64,000 bases of DNA. Source: Nemertoderma westbladi. Lineage: Eukaryota; Animalia; Xenacoelomorpha. How positions within the stretch are numbered: position 1 is the stretch's first letter; every line of letters begins with the position of its first letter. The notes beneath the pieces were generated by a model. The model was not told the origin of the DNA and searched no databases. It worked only from the letters and a program-made list of their open reading frames with translations. The DNA lies in NCBI GenBank assembly GCA_032718475.1, contig JAUCBJ010001861.1, positions 124,001-188,000 of the forward strand, read 5' to 3'. Position numbers and translations under genes: made by a program. Of the stretch, positions 24,601 through 38,492 are shown piece by piece.

Positions 24601-26968
24601 ATGGGAATGTAGAAAGAAATAACGGCAAATATATAGGGGAATTAATGGGAATGTAGAAGGAAATAACGTCAAATATATAGGGGAATTAATGGGAATGTAG
24701 AAGGAAACAAAGGCAAATATATAGGGGAATTAATGGGAATGTAGAAGGAAATAACGGCAAATATATAGGGGAATTAATGGGAATGTAGAAGGAAATAACG
24801 TCAAATATATAGGGGAATTAATGGGAATGTAGAAGGAAACACAGGCAAATATATAGGGGAATTAATGGGAATGTAGAAAGAAATAACGGCAAATATATAG
24901 GGGAATTAATGGGAATGTAGAAGGAAACAAAGGCAAATATATAGGGGAATTAATGGGAATGTAGAAAGAAATAACGGCAAATATATAGGGGAAGTAATGG
25001 GAATGTAGAAGGAAATAACGGCAAATATATAGGGAAATTAATGGGAATGTAGAAGGAAATAACGGCAAATATATAGGGGAATTAATGGGAATGTAGAAGG
25101 AAATAACGGCAAATATATAGGGGAATTAATGGGAATGTAGAAGGAAATAACGGCAAATATATAGGGGAATTAATGGGAATGTAGAAGGAAATAACGGCAA
25201 ATATATAGGGGAATTAATGGGAATGTAGAAGGAAAGAACGGCAAATATATAGGGGAATTAATGGGAATGTAGAAGGAAATAACGGCAAATATATAGGGGA
25301 ATTAATGGGATTATAGAAGGAAACAACGGCAAATATATAGGGGAATTAATGGGAATATAGAAGGAAATAACGGCAAATATATAGGGGAATTAATGGGAAT
25401 GTAGAAGGAAATAACGGCAAATATATAGGGGAATTAATGGGAATGTAGAAGGAAATAACGGCAAATATATAGGGGAATTAATGGGAATGTAGAAGGAAAT
25501 AACGTCAAATATATAGGGGAATTAATGGGAATGTAGAAGGAAACAAAGGCAAATATATAGGGGAATTAATGGGAATGTAGAAGGAAATAACGGCAAATAT
25601 ATAGGGGAATTAATGGGAATGTAGAAGGAAATAACGTCAAATATATAGGGGAATTAATGGGAATGTAGAAGGAAACAAAGGCAAATATATAGGGGAATTA
25701 ATGGGAATGTAGAAAGAAATAACGGCAAATATATAGGGGAATTAATGGGAATGTAGAAGGAAACAAAGGCAAATATATAGGGGAATTAATGGGAATGTAG
25801 AAAGAAATAACGGCAAATATATAGGGGAATTAATGGGAATGTAGAAGGAAATAACGGCAAATATATAGGGAAATTAATGGGAATGTAGAAGGAAATAACG
25901 GCAAATATATAGGGGAATTAATGGGAATGTAGAAGGAAATAACGGCAAATATATAGGGGAATTAATGGGAATGTAGAAGGAAATAACGGCAAATATATAG
26001 GGGAATTAATGGGAATGTAGAAGGAAATAACGGCAAATATATAGGGGAATTAATGGGAATGTAGAAGGAAAGAACGGCAAATATATAGGGGAATTAATGG
26101 GAATGTAGAAGGAAATAACGGCAAATATATAGGGGAATTAATGGGATTATAGAAGGAAACAACGGCAAATATATAGGGGAATTAATGGGAATATAGAAGG
26201 AAATAACGGCAAATATATAGGGGAATTAATGGGAATGTAGAAGGAAATAACGGCAAATATATAGGGGAATTAATGGGAATGTAGAAGGAAATAACGGCAA
26301 ATATATAGGGGAATTAATGGGAATGTAGAAGGAAATAACGTCAAATATATAGGGGAATTAATGGGAATGTAGAAGGAAATAACGGCAAATATATAGGGGA
26401 ATTAATGGGAATGTAGAAGGAAATAACGGCAAATATATAGGGGAATTAATGGGAATATAGAAGGAAATAACGGCAAATATATAGGGGAATTAATGGGAAT
26501 ATAGAAGGAAATAACAGCAAATATATAGGGGAATTAATGGGAATGTAGAAGGAAATAACGGCAAATATATAGGGGAATTAATGGGAATATAGAAGGAAAT
26601 AACGGCAAATATATAGGGGAATTAATGGGAATGTAGAAGGAAATAACGGCAAATATATAGGGGAATTAATGGGAATGTAGAAGGAAATAACGGCAAATAT
26701 ATAGGGGAATTAATGGGAATATAGAAGGAAATAACGGCAAATATATAGGGGAATTAATGGGAATGTAGAAGGAAATAACGTCAAATATATAGGGGAATTA
26801 ATGGGAATGTAGAAGGAAATAACAGCAAATATATAGGGGAATTAATGGGAATATAGAAGGAAATAACGGCAAATATATAGGGGAATTAATGGGAATATAG
26901 AAGGAAATAACAGCAAATATATAGGGGAATTAATGGGAATGTAGAAGGAAATAACGGCAAATATATAA
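21652..26968. repeat. Satellite with a 44-bp purine-rich unit GGCAAATATATAGGGGAATTAATGGGAATGTAGAAGGAAATAAC, about 120 copies
   Basis: Highly homogeneous tandem array with recurring variant blocks. Confidence 0.99.
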
Positions 26969-28541
26969 TACTGTGACTGATGACGTCATCGCCATATAGA
27001 CATGATTCGATAAGTTAGAAATAGTTACAATTATACTTTGAAAAATAAATGCATTGAATAAATACCAATTAACAAACTATATGACGGTTAAATACAAACA
27101 TTTAAGTTTGTATTATAAGTACTTTTATTATGATGAAACATTCTAAAGAAAAGCGGTGGTACAATACAATTATTATAACTCATTTCAATTTATTATAATA
27201 TAAAGTATTACTAAATGTGAAGGAATACAGCATTCTAATAATTTACGCAACATCCGATACTTTAACGCACTCTTTGTCTCAATAATCTCTGAAGGTCATT
27301 TATTTCCCGGGCTACATAGGAAATCAGTTGCGCCGTCGCAAATGCCTGACTAAACATAAAAAAAATCAGAGCAGGCTCCACTGCCCAGTCCACAACTAAA
27401 TGCCAGTCATCTATTTTAGATTAAAAAATGTACAAACTTTGGAATAAAAACGAAGGATAAAATAGATCAGGCAATTAACATCATCTCATATACTTTCTAT
27501 CCGAAATAATAATCTTGAATTAAATAAACCTCTAATAGTATATAATATAACATTAATAAGAAATTATATAGTTCCAACGAATTGGGGTAGAAAGAAACCA
27601 ACGCGTGTTTGTTAAACGAGCAGATCTTGGGATCAATCTCGGTCCATTGATAAACAACCGACCGACACACAGGCAGCCCGGGTTATAAATGGGAGGCAAT
27701 GAGCGGGGGGATGTCCTATATTATAATTATTTATTATATAAGGTGAAGAGATGGACCTAATTAAGTGAATATAACGATTAATAACGGTGGCAATAACGTC
27801 CCAACAACCGAAGCTGCCTAGCTAACCGTTACAGATCTCTAACTCTTAAACATTTTCTACGCTGATATTTGTCTTATAAATATCCTGAATACCAGAAATA
27901 AATTCCTGGTATTACAGTGTACGGATTCACGAGGTGTATTATCTTGGACCTAAAGGATAGGACATTTGTTTGAATTATCATATAACTTACATTTACAACG
28001 CGTACTATTATGTAATAATAGATCACTAGAGTGAGGTATATATATATTGGGCTCTAAAATAATGCTGTTCAAATACGTTGAACCGGTGCGGTCCCGGTAT
28101 ACTGAAAAATTTACAGTCAGATGTCACAAGGGCATTGAAACAAGTGTGACAAGCTATTAGTGTCAGACTATTAATTATAAACAAAACAATAAACGATAAT
28201 CAATAGCACATTATATATATATAACAGTTTAATTTGTGATCCTAATCAGCTGTTATTTACGACATTAACCTGATGTCTTAATACGGTAACTTAATACGGA
28301 TAGGCCACGCAACTCCGGTTGTTGGTGTACGAAAGTAATTAATTTACTAGAGATGCAACAGTAAAGCCAGCCCGCTGGATTAGCCAATCAACTAGTAACT
28401 GCGGTCGTAAAGTCAACCGATCCAAACTTCGATCCAAACCAGCTTTATAAATCAACCGCCCAAACTATAGTATCTCAATCAACCCACTATAATGACCCAG
28501 TTCCCTCCCGCCCAGCCCACCCGATTCCCGACGGCTCCAAC

Positions 28542-30296
28542 TCAACTCCGGTTGCTCGTCTTCCCCGTCGCGATCAACTCGTCGGCACGTCGATGCGCGT
28601 CCAACGCGCGCTGTGTCGCCACGTCCGGCGGCAGGTCGGACCGTCGACGCAACGCCGCCGACCCCGTCGACGTGCCGCTCGCCGACGCCGTCACCCCCGT
28701 CCCCGAGCTCGGGAGGTTGGCGAGTTCTACGCGGGGGTCCGCCTCCGAGTCCGTCTGATCGAACGCGTTCGCAACCTCAACTAAATCCAAATTCTTAAAC
28801 TGTTTTGACACGGGGTTAGCGACGGCCATGCGGAGGATGGTGGACCAAGCGCGATCCCTCGACGCCGCTCGCTCCTTCTCGCTCGCGCGATCGCGTTTGT
28901 ACGAGTTGACGCACTCGTCGAACATCCTCTGATTGATTTCCATAAAGAGCTTGAGCGCGTTGTAGATGAGCCCATGGATCGTCTTATTCCAGTGGGTCTT
29001 GGAGTTGCGGTAGAGCGGCGCGAACATGATGGGAAGGATAGTGGCGACGTTGTCGTTGACCAGACTGAGGATATACTCGTTGTTCCAGAAGTAGAGAGCG
29101 CGCTCGGCGACCTGGAAGTGGGGCGATGAGACGCATTTGGCGAGCTGACGGAACAACGGCACCTGGATCTTAATGAACTCCTGAGGATCGATAACGTCGA
29201 GAATTTCTTCCATCTCGTTGAGGAACATGACTTCCTTGGGGCTGTGGACTTTAGGCCAGAACTTGAGGAGCCCCATGACGACGGGCTCGGTGAGGGAGGG
29301 GTCCTTCTCGAGGAACTGGACGACGCAGTAGGCCAGCTGGGGATGGTAGACGGACAGCGACTTAACCTTGTGTAGCGGTATGAGGACCTTTAGCAGGAAT
29401 ACCTTATGCTCTTCCTTGAGGGGCAGGGCGAAGCCGTTGATGATACTTCCCAGGATCTCGAGGAGCTCTGCGATCCCGTTGTGTTTCTCAGTCTCGTAGA
29501 CGAAGCTATAGAATATGTTGTTGATCTGTTTGCGGATGTAGGCGCGAAGACCGAGGAACTTGCCGTAGATGCGATGCAGCGTTGTCTTGAGGAAGTCGCG
29601 TTCGCGCGGATCTTCCGTGTCGAAGAGTTCGAGAAGTTGGTAGACGAAGTTCTGGTCGATGTGCCGCTTGGCCGTCTGCGGCGTGAAGTCGGGGGACTCT
29701 AGAAACCGGAGGAAGAACTCGTACACTATCTGGAGATGCGGCCAAGCAGCCTCCAACGAGGGTTCGTCCTCCTCGGGATCAAATTCGGCGCCACTCGGGT
29801 TAGAGTTGGGCGGGAGGGTGCGGAAGGCGTTGACCCGGAACACGTTAACAGCCTCCGGGTAAACCGCTTCCGTGATGACGCCGCGGTTGTGGGTAACGTA
29901 TTCGACTAGCTCGTTGAGGGCCGCGCGTTTAATTTCCTTCATTTTGAGGTCGCTGAGCGGATCGGTGACGAAATCGAAGAGGACGCAACACTGACGCAGT
30001 TTCTGGATCATCATATCTTCGCGTTCAGAAGCAGCTGTATCTCGCAGCAACGGTAGTTTAGTGAGTTCCCGGTTGCGGGAGAGATTAAACCTCGAGGAAC
30101 TCTGTCGCTTGGAGCGGGATACCCGGGGGTCGGCGGGGCCCGCGTAGTTGACTTTGTTTAGTTGCGTCACTGGCGGGGGCGGCACATTGAGTCGGGCTGC
30201 GGAGTCCGATGGCGCCGGCGCTGCCCCGCTGCTTCCAGGAGTCGCAGTGCTCGATTTACTGCTCGAGGACTTCCCTGGTTTCTTTCCAGTAGGCAT
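28542..30296 (-). CDS. PPP2R5D: Protein phosphatase 2A regulatory subunit B' (B56), delta/gamma type; intronless CDS
   Basis: 584 aa with hallmark segments [81 protein letters not shown] and LRRRSDLP. Likely co-orthologous to PPP2R5C and PPP2R5D. Confidence 0.97.
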   Translation of the reverse strand: MPTGKKPGKSSSSKSSTATPGSSGAAPAPSDSAARLNVPPPPVTQLNKVNYAGPADPRVSRSKRQSSSRFNLSRNRELTKLPLLRDTAASEREDMMIQKLRQCCVLFDFVTDPLSDLKMKEIKRAALNELVEYVTHNRGVITEAVYPEAVNVFRVNAFRTLPPNSNPSGAEFDPEEDEPSLEAAWPHLQIVYEFFLRFLESPDFTPQTAKRHIDQNFVYQLLELFDTEDPRERDFLKTTLHRIYGKFLGLRAYIRKQINNIFYSFVYETEKHNGIAELLEILGSIINGFALPLKEEHKVFLLKVLIPLHKVKSLSVYHPQLAYCVVQFLEKDPSLTEPVVMGLLKFWPKVHSPKEVMFLNEMEEILDVIDPQEFIKIQVPLFRQLAKCVSSPHFQVAERALYFWNNEYILSLVNDNVATILPIMFAPLYRNSKTHWNKTIHGLIYNALKLFMEINQRMFDECVNSYKRDRASEKERAASRDRAWSTILRMAVANPVSKQFKNLDLVEVANAFDQTDSEADPRVELANLPSSGTGVTASASGTSTGSAALRRRSDLPPDVATQRALDAHRRADELIATGKTSNRS

Positions 30297-30947
30297 AGCG
30301 TTAGAATAAATAAAGAGTTAATCTGAGATTATTATTATTAACCGACAAAACAACAATTTATGGCCGTTACATTACTGTTACAAATTTATCTGCATGTCTG
30401 TATGCAGTATGTATGTACGTACAGGTATGTGTATTGTGTAGGCCCTACTGCTGTACTGTGTGGGATTGGCCTACGGTCAACGGTACCGTCCCGGTCTGCC
30501 GCTGCCGGTACTCTACTCTACCCTTTCTGTCAGTCTGTCTGTATGCTGGTATGTATACTGGTAGCCTATATGTCAGACAGCCAGATGTCATGTCACCAGT
30601 AAACGGATATAAAACACGGTCTGCCTTAACCAGTTAACACCCACACCTGCTGCCTACCTGCATGCACAGGAGTGCACAGCCGACTTTCACCCAACCACAA
30701 AATAAAACTACTGTCACACTGTACAGTGTAGCCTACCATGCAACCATGTACCGGTACACTTCCTCGTTCCTCGTACATCAACATCAGTCAGTCAGTCAGT
30801 CAGTACATAAACTAATTGCTCCGCACAGCGAAGCGAACAGCCGCAGTCTGGCAGTTTGGAGCAAATCACTGAATCAGCAAATGCTGAAATGCGAAATGCC
30901 ATAGGTCTACATAATTATTTGGAATTCTTGCATGGCCGCGGGCAGTG

Positions 30948-30955
30948 TGACGTCA
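30948..30955. promoter_or_regulatory. Perfect CRE palindrome TGACGTCA upstream of the B56 gene
   Basis: 8-bp motif about 650 bp upstream of the ATG; function not shown. Confidence 0.25.
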
Positions 30956-31404
30956 ACTTCAAGTCAGCCACCCTATAACTGTCACTGTATAACAGTATAA
31001 GGTTGCATTAAATTGTAACTTTATAATCCAGTTAAGAATCTATTCAACGACATGTCAAGTCAACGGTTTTGTGTTGTTGGTCTTACTTGGGTTTGGGTGG
31101 GGGGTACCGGTAGTGTTTTATTATAATAGATGTAGGCCGATGATCAATTCTCAAGTTTATATATTATTATACGTCCATATTACTGCATTATATTATACTC
31201 TATCGACACTATGGATCGACCGAATTTAAAATTTGGCCGAACCGGAACCGAACCGAATTTGAAAAAAAATTCGGCAAATTCGGTAGGCCTACCGAATACC
31301 GAATATTGAAATATTTGACACTAAAGTGCCAAAGTCATAATATTCAATTTTAATTTTAAATCTAAAAAATTTGTCAAAAAATTCAGTTTTTACTAAAAGA
31401 AAGG

Positions 31405-31984
31405 TGTGACGGGATCTACGGAAGATCCCGATTTATCCGGTTTGGTTTCTAGTTCACGCGTCCCCACCGTGTGTGAAAGATATAAAGAGTTCTGGGTTAT
31501 TGATCGATCGATGTATATAAGTTCGGGATATAATATAATAGAGATAATAGCACAAAATGGTTGATGTATGATGTAATGTACCGGTAGGTGATATGTACTG
31601 GTGACGGTAGGCGGAGACGGTAACTAGAGTTCCGCTACTGTCCTAACTAGCTGACTTACTACAAGTGAATGAAATATTGCATGGACCGGTAATATATTGC
31701 ACAGTTGGCCATATTGCTCTACCCAGTCGATGCTTCCCCCCTATTGGCTAATATCCTAATTGTCGCCCCTTTACCTTCCCTGGAGTGTTTCCCATTACTC
31801 CTGTTATTCCCTCTCTCTCTCAGGGGTGTAACCTCGGACCCCTTTGTGCGTATGTCCTCTGGGGTTTCCTTGTCCCCACTTTATTGGGGTGGTACGAGGT
31901 TGATATTGGGTATCAACCTCGTGTTCCCAATATTGGTTAAAGCTCACTTTATGGGGCTGGTTAGCGGAATTGAATACGCTAACA
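31405..31984. mobile_element. Solo LTR, 580 bp
   Basis: TGT...ACA termini flanked by an exact 5-bp TSD AAAGG (31400-31404 and 31985-31989). Confidence 0.88.
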
Positions 31985-32259
31985 AAAGGGGGAAAATCGG
32001 CTATGGTACTACCCGGTACTGTAAGAACTACTGAACTACCGGTACGGTTTTTGTTGGTCCATCTAACACTAATCTAACAGGGTTGAGTAAGTGATTAACA
32101 TAGTTTCTTAATCCTGTATTCCGTTATTATTGTATATATTCATAGGCCTGACAGCTGGACGGATTGACAGTGGACAGTCCACTACAGCACTGTCAGACTG
32201 TGCAGTGTGCATGCATATGCAAATTACCAATATTACTGAATGTAATAATTACTTATTCC

Positions 32260-32436
32260 AGTATTGCATGAGAAAAAGTAGAACTTTTTTTCACTATTCT
32301 CGAGGCATTTTATTTAAGCCTACCGACACCGAGCAGCCGAGCGTCACCGACTGACCGAGGTCTGGAGGTTAATAGGCCTAAAGGATCAAGATAATATTGG
32401 AAAAAAAATGTTCTACGTTTTTTCCCATGTAATACG
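32260..32436. mobile_element. Short palindromic non-autonomous element
   Basis: GTATTGCATGAGAAAAAGTAGAACTTTTTT ... AAAAAAATGTTCTACGTTTTTTCCCATGTAATAC inverted ends around a CGAG-rich core. Confidence 0.55.
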
Positions 32437-33830
32437 TAATTTTATTCTTAAATTATTGGAATAAAAAATAGAGTGAAAGGCATATGGCTGCATAGTGTTA
32501 CAAAATAAATTGAGATGTAGTATTTTACTATATTGCTTCCATAGTTACTGCAATTCAAATTACTGCACTCTTCAACTCTGGATCGTTCCTTACTCAATGT
32601 TAAATCAGTAAATGATGGAGTGTTCTCAAATAATTATTACGTATAACTAAAGCTGCAGAGAGCAGCTTAACACACTACCGGTATCGGTCAGCCGGTGCCA
32701 GTAGCGGTAGGTGAAGGCAGGGATCGTACGGTAGTTAATTTTTGCGGTAGCGGTAGCGGTAACGGTATGGCTTTGAGGTAGCGGTATTTACCGCGGTAGC
32801 GGTAGCGGTAGTTGCAGTAGCAAAAAATTTAGCTGGTATTAATGAAGTTAGATGTTCACTTTTCGACGACTTTTTTTTTAATTGTGGCGTTTATTTTTGG
32901 TAAATTGTTTTCTTGAATTAATACATTTTATTTTCTTTTTGTTTTTTGTTGACAGAAAATACGCTACAATGCGAATTAATTTTTCATATATAATGTGTAA
33001 CTGCTGACTGCTGTAATGATGGATGAACGTTATGTTGCATATATGGTGATTTTTGAAGGTATAAAAAAGGAAACAATATGATATGAATGTGATTTTAAGA
33101 AAATGTGATATGATACGAAAAAGTTTTGTAATTTTTTCGTATCATAAAAAATTTATATCTTAATAATTTCATAGTTATACGAAATCAGGATTATTATTTT
33201 AGAAAATTATTCGACGATTTCAAATAATTTGACTATTACTATCTGTACTATTGCTGCTGTTTCAGCCTGTTATGACATATGATATGATTGATATGAACTT
33301 CAACTTATTAATTTAGGAACACAGTTTACAGTAAAAGTTTTATTTCTTAGGTACTTATTTTTCAATTATCAAAATAATGTATGTGCAATGTTTGTACTTT
33401 AGTATCTTATCTACATATCTTTTATTTGTACTAACTCACTATGTTGGTACCGGTATGCCTAAGAAATCTCTCCTAAGATCGCAGTGTAAAGTGATACTTT
33501 ACAGGTACAGTGTGAAAGTAATTTAATACTGTACTGTTGTAGCCTATATGCATGTACTGTAATTATACTACAATCCCCTACCCACAAATTATACAAACTT
33601 TATCATTGAAGTTGTTGCGCTAGGCGATCTAGAAAATTGTTGAGACTGCCTTATTTTTAGTCTACCGTAATGATTTACAGTAGTGATACACGTAAGTTAC
33701 ATTTGTTTCTCATTCTTTCTGACAAACCGAATCTACGCCTAAAAAATTATATAGGTTTTGCGATAATATTAAATATTAAAAATAATAAAAGTAAAAGATA
33801 ACATCAAATAACATGTAAGTTAAAACGAAA

Positions 33831-34841
33831 TTATACATAATTATTATCACCAGTACACCGCGGACGCCCCACGGACTGACTCCCAATAGTTTTGTCTGAA
33901 TACGAAATCCTATCGTATCTTTCGGTATTATAGAGTTGCGCAATTCGGTTTCTATCACGACGATTAACTCGTTTCTTATATTTAACGGCCATTATAATTT
34001 CTACCGCGATTAATATGAGCGTAAATGAGCACGCGAGAGAAATTAAAGGAGTCCATCGCTTCAGTAATCTACGGAAGACCACACCACATCCTGGAACCTT
34101 AAAGTTGCCACCGGAAACACCTGAAAATATATCTTTGTGCTTTAACTTTACGCAGCTGGGCCCAGAAACCTTAAATGTTTTAAGTACATAATCAGAGCAA
34201 CACGACCACGGCAGTGCTTGCCCATTTATCCATGCTGTACTTGCGTTGTATCGAATGTTTTCTCCACTCGATTTAGTCAGAAATATGAAAAGATTGCTGT
34301 CATTGTAGTCACGGTAACTGTCTCCTCCACAGCACGCCCATAACGATTGTAATTTATCAAGAAGTTGGTAACCATGACTGCTGGTATCTTTACTGGTTTT
34401 TGCAATATTCGTTAATGTACTCGTGAATGTTGTTGCAATGTCTGTCGAGAACAAAAATACAGAAATTAATACCGCCGGGGGAATAAGAATGACACATATC
34501 AAGGTCACGATAAAAACATTGAGGCAATGTTGGTTTGCTAGGAAGGCACCAGTACACCCACACGTACTGATGATAATGTGGGCGACCCCAACAACAACGG
34601 CAAAATAGGCGACCAACCAAAATTCTTCCAGTCCAGTAGATACAATAGCGTTATCGTTTATATCAATGAGTATAACCCCACCAACAGCAACTAAAAAGAG
34701 TCCCAAACCGAGATAAGTAAGATTTACTAGGTATATAATTGTTCTGTACCATCTAGCTGTGGTATCGCCGATGTAAATATCTCTCCAATTTCCAATTGTA
34801 TTTCCTGTATCATTTTGAGCGGAGTTGAGCTTGATATTCAT
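33831..34841 (-). CDS. Tetraspanin; intronless CDS
   Basis: 336 aa with four hydrophobic helices, CGCTGA in TM2, and CCG, PWSCC and GC motifs in the large extracellular loop. Confidence 0.92.
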   Translation of the reverse strand: MNIKLNSAQNDTGNTIGNWRDIYIGDTTARWYRTIIYLVNLTYLGLGLFLVAVGGVILIDINDNAIVSTGLEEFWLVAYFAVVVGVAHIIISTCGCTGAFLANQHCLNVFIVTLICVILIPPAVLISVFLFSTDIATTFTSTLTNIAKTSKDTSSHGYQLLDKLQSLWACCGGDSYRDYNDSNLFIFLTKSSGENIRYNASTAWINGQALPWSCCSDYVLKTFKVSGPSCVKLKHKDIFSGVSGGNFKVPGCGVVFRRLLKRWTPLISLACSFTLILIAVEIIMAVKYKKRVNRRDRNRIAQLYNTERYDRISYSDKTIGSQSVGRPRCTGDNNYV

Positions 34842-35489
34842 ACTACAGTTTTCGAACTTACAGTATCATCGACTTCGTGATTTATCACGTCTGTGCAATA
34901 AAGTGAAGAAACACTACCGTATTTTTACACAAAATAAAGTGGTGGTTTAAAAGATGAATAGTCCGGCAGATTGGCTATTTTACATTTGATCAGATTATAT
35001 AGGTTTAGTAAATCGCCCATGTGAAGAATACCAGGTTTTCACTTTTCGTCGAAATTTTATTGGAATTTTATATTATATATGAATTATGTATTTTTTCTCA
35101 CTTCTCCTTATTAAGTGTTTAGAGCGCGTATTTCTGTCTTATAACCTGTATAGATACTTATTCGTTTATTGTTTTGGTTAGAATCAGCCCTTCTGAAATC
35201 TGTGGTTTTAGTGAAAACCTGGTATTCTTCACATGGGGATAAACTGCAAAGTGAAATATAACAGCAGAAGTCTGGTATACTTCACATGGGCCTAGTAAAT
35301 GAGTGTGGTTATTTTGATAGTAAGTTATTTTAATTCCACAAAGTCCTGGATCCTGGAATATAGTGTCGTAATTCAATGACAAAAAATTAACAGGTAAGTC
35401 AATCTAACCAAAAAAGGGGGTGAACCCATAACAAATTCGCAATTCGTCCAAACCAATTTTTTTTTAATTCTATATTACCTTGGTAATAC

Positions 35490-35740
35490 CCCCAAAAAAA
35501 GTCTAGAAAAATTTTATTTTGCAGATCACTTACAATTTCCTGTTTCTTTCCTTAGCAACATGGATTTTACATAGCAATTGGTGGGATTTTCTCCAAACTT
35601 GGCTTAGACAAACTTTAGTCTAATTACTATCGATTGACTGAGGAATGGACTTCAAGATAGTTACCAGTTTAGTTTCCAGAGCAACGGAAATTGTCTTATC
35701 ATTTAACCATTTTTAATACCAATTTTGCTGGTACAATACA
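35490..35740 (+). repeat. Dispersed repeat; diverged second copy at about 38700-38968
   Basis: Shared colinear blocks CCAAAAAAGTCTA, TTCTTTCCTTAGCA, GGTGGGATTTT, AGTTTCCAGAGCAACGGAA and CCAATTTTGCT. Confidence 0.8.
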
Positions 35741-36773
35741 GGGAGTTTATTTACACAACTTCTCTACTAAACGGGTGGATGTAACCTCGCCCATCGGATT
35801 TATCGACCTCAAACACATGACAATTTCCTTGCAGTGGAATTGCATAATTTCTTTACATCAGTTTTAGCTAAATATATCGTGACTTGATATATTTAAAAAC
35901 GGGATGCGACTTCTAGAACATAGTATATATTCAGGACGCGATGCTCGCATACAGTGTTAATTATTTTTGAGGCCGGTATTTATTATCTATATTTATTACC
36001 TATATTTTTTCCGAGATTAGTTGGTAACAACTTAGTTTATACTATAGTGTAGCTAAATAAAATAAATGCAGTTGCAATACTATTGGCGAAAAGTATACTA
36101 CAATACTATTACCCAGAATTTCCATTAATAAACATATGATCCGCAAAATAGAATTTTATAGACTTTTTTGGTCATTAACAATGTGATATAGAATCCAAAA
36201 TATGTGGTACGGATTGATTGCAAATTACTTATGGGTTTTTTACTAGATTGATTCGACTACTACTTCTTGCTTTATAAGAAAGGTAATTCCAAACTTCAAT
36301 AAAATTCGGACAGTTTTCTTGATTTCATAATATTTTTTAATGAAAAATTTAAAACTATAGAACTTTTATAGTATCCCATACTATATGAAAATACAAAAAT
36401 ACAAATGTATGCTGAATCTAAGTCTAAGCATTTCAGGCAATCTTATCACGATTTGTAAACAAATTTAGGGGGGGGGGGGGGGGGGGGTTGGATGTACCTG
36501 AATAAAGATACTACAGTATATTCAGGGACATATAAAATATTAATATATACCACTGTAATAGTTTCAATTTAACAATCAACACTACATTATTCTCACTTCA
36601 ATTCTACTTCTCATTGTAATGGAAATTATATTGATCAGTACGAAGTGATAAAGGTATGAAAAACCCCACCGACAACTTTAAAAATAAAATCAACAAATAA
36701 GTTTGTTTTTAATTTTTTAAGATGTGATTAAGAACATTAAATATTATGTTCTAGAAAATATATTATATAATTA

Positions 36774-37683
36774 CACCATGAACCGTAATATAGTGTCATT
36801 TTCTGATGACACGGACCCCCCCCCCCCCCCCCAGATTTTTCTACAAATCGTTATCATATTGCTTGAAATACAACTATTTCAACTCACCGTGGTTGACCCC
36901 ATGAAGCCGGAATTTTCGATTTTGACTTTAAATTTTTTTTTATAGGCGTTTCATAAAAGTGTATTTTGCGAAATCGTACCCTCCGTATCGTGGCCATGCT
37001 TCACATTAGTCGTAATCTATAAATATCTAATAAATTATCATTAGAAAGCTTGCGTTGCAAGGATTTCAAATATGTAACAATATCTGAATTTCATTGAGAA
37101 ACAGCTGAGATATAGGCGTTCAAAGATTGCAAGAATTATCATTCGCTGAAGGCCATTTATTCTATTTAATAAATACACAATGTTCTGGAACATTTTGTTT
37201 TAAGTATGAATAGCTACACTATAGATCTATTGGATAGGTACCCTGCTGTTGCCTACCAACTCATAAAATAAATAACACGTTCCAGAACGTTGTGTATTTA
37301 TTAAATAGAATAAATGGCGTTCAGCGAACGATAATTCTTGCAATCTTTGAACGCCTATATCTCAGCTGTTTCTCAATGAAATTCAGATATTGTTACATAT
37401 TTCGAATCCTTGCAACGCAAGCTTTCTAATGATATGATAAAATTACGACTAATGTGAAGAATGGCAATGATACGGATGGTACGATTTCGCAAAAGACACT
37501 TTTTTAAAACACTTATAAAAAAATTTAAAGGCAAAATTGAAAATTCCGGCTTCATGGGGTCAACGACGGTGAGTGGAATAAGTTGTGTTTCAAATTTCAA
37601 GCAATATGATAAAGATTTGTAGAAAAATCTGGGGGGGGGGGGGGTGGTCATCAGAAAATGATACTATATTACGGTTCATGGTG
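36774..37683. mobile_element. Foldback MITE, Tc1/mariner-like (TA TSD)
   Basis: TA|CACCATGAACCGTAATATAGT ... ACTATATTACGGTTCATGGTG|TA; inverted arms of about 420 bp. Confidence 0.88.
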
Positions 37684-37863
37684 TATAATAAGCGTAGGTG
37701 ATGATCTATTAATAAAAAATTGAAATCCGGATATAGCTAGTAAATAATAGAAATAGACAGTAGGCCTAATACTGTCAAAATAATGCCATGCAGTAAGTAA
37801 TCATAAGTTACCAAAATAAGAATTATAATGCTAGCTAGAACAAAATGGCCATAAAGACAAACT

Positions 37864-38492
37864 TGTACTGTTTCGATACGCCTACCTACCCTTACGACAT
37901 TTTTATACTTGCTAGTTTTTGCTACTTTTATAATGTTCTAGAATACGTTAGCTATTTATTTTAGAAAAATAGTTGTTCTAGAACAAATATTTATTCTTCT
38001 GGAACATTTTTAAAAACACAATATTACGATACATTATTGAATATTTATTAATAAAATTCATCACATTGTTGTTACCTAACTTTCTAGATTTATTTACACG
38101 CAGCATTTACGCATACGTTCTGTGATACGTTGTTGCTTTGTAGCTAATATGTCTACCAGGCATACTTTTAAGATTGATATAAATAGAGACCTAAATAGTG
38201 AGGAGACTATACTTCAGCTTTATTAAAAGCAAAATATAATTTTAAAAATACTAACTAGTACTAAAATACTAGCTACCATGTCTCCAAAACGTAACTGTTT
38301 GATGTAAGACATATCTTAGTAAAGAAAAAAATGATATTTAAAATTTTGAAAAATAGCTATTTATTTAAATTTTCTAGTACAAAGTATTTTTTAGTTAAAT
38401 AGCTAACATATTCTAGAACATTAAAAAAAAGTAGCAAAAACTAGGTATTATAAAATATGTGGCATGGTAGGTACGCGTATCGAAACAGTACC
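37864..38492. mobile_element. Foldback MITE, Merlin-like (8-bp TSD)
   Basis: TIR (T/G)GTACTGTTTCGATACGC with TSD GACAAACT at 37856-37863 and 38493-38500. A GGTAC end plus an 8-bp TSD fits Merlin; hAT is not excluded. Confidence 0.75.

Noticed and set aside
32700-32822. GCGGTA repeats as a regulatory array
   Set aside because: They look like subterminal repeats of a decayed DNA transposon; I could not define the termini.
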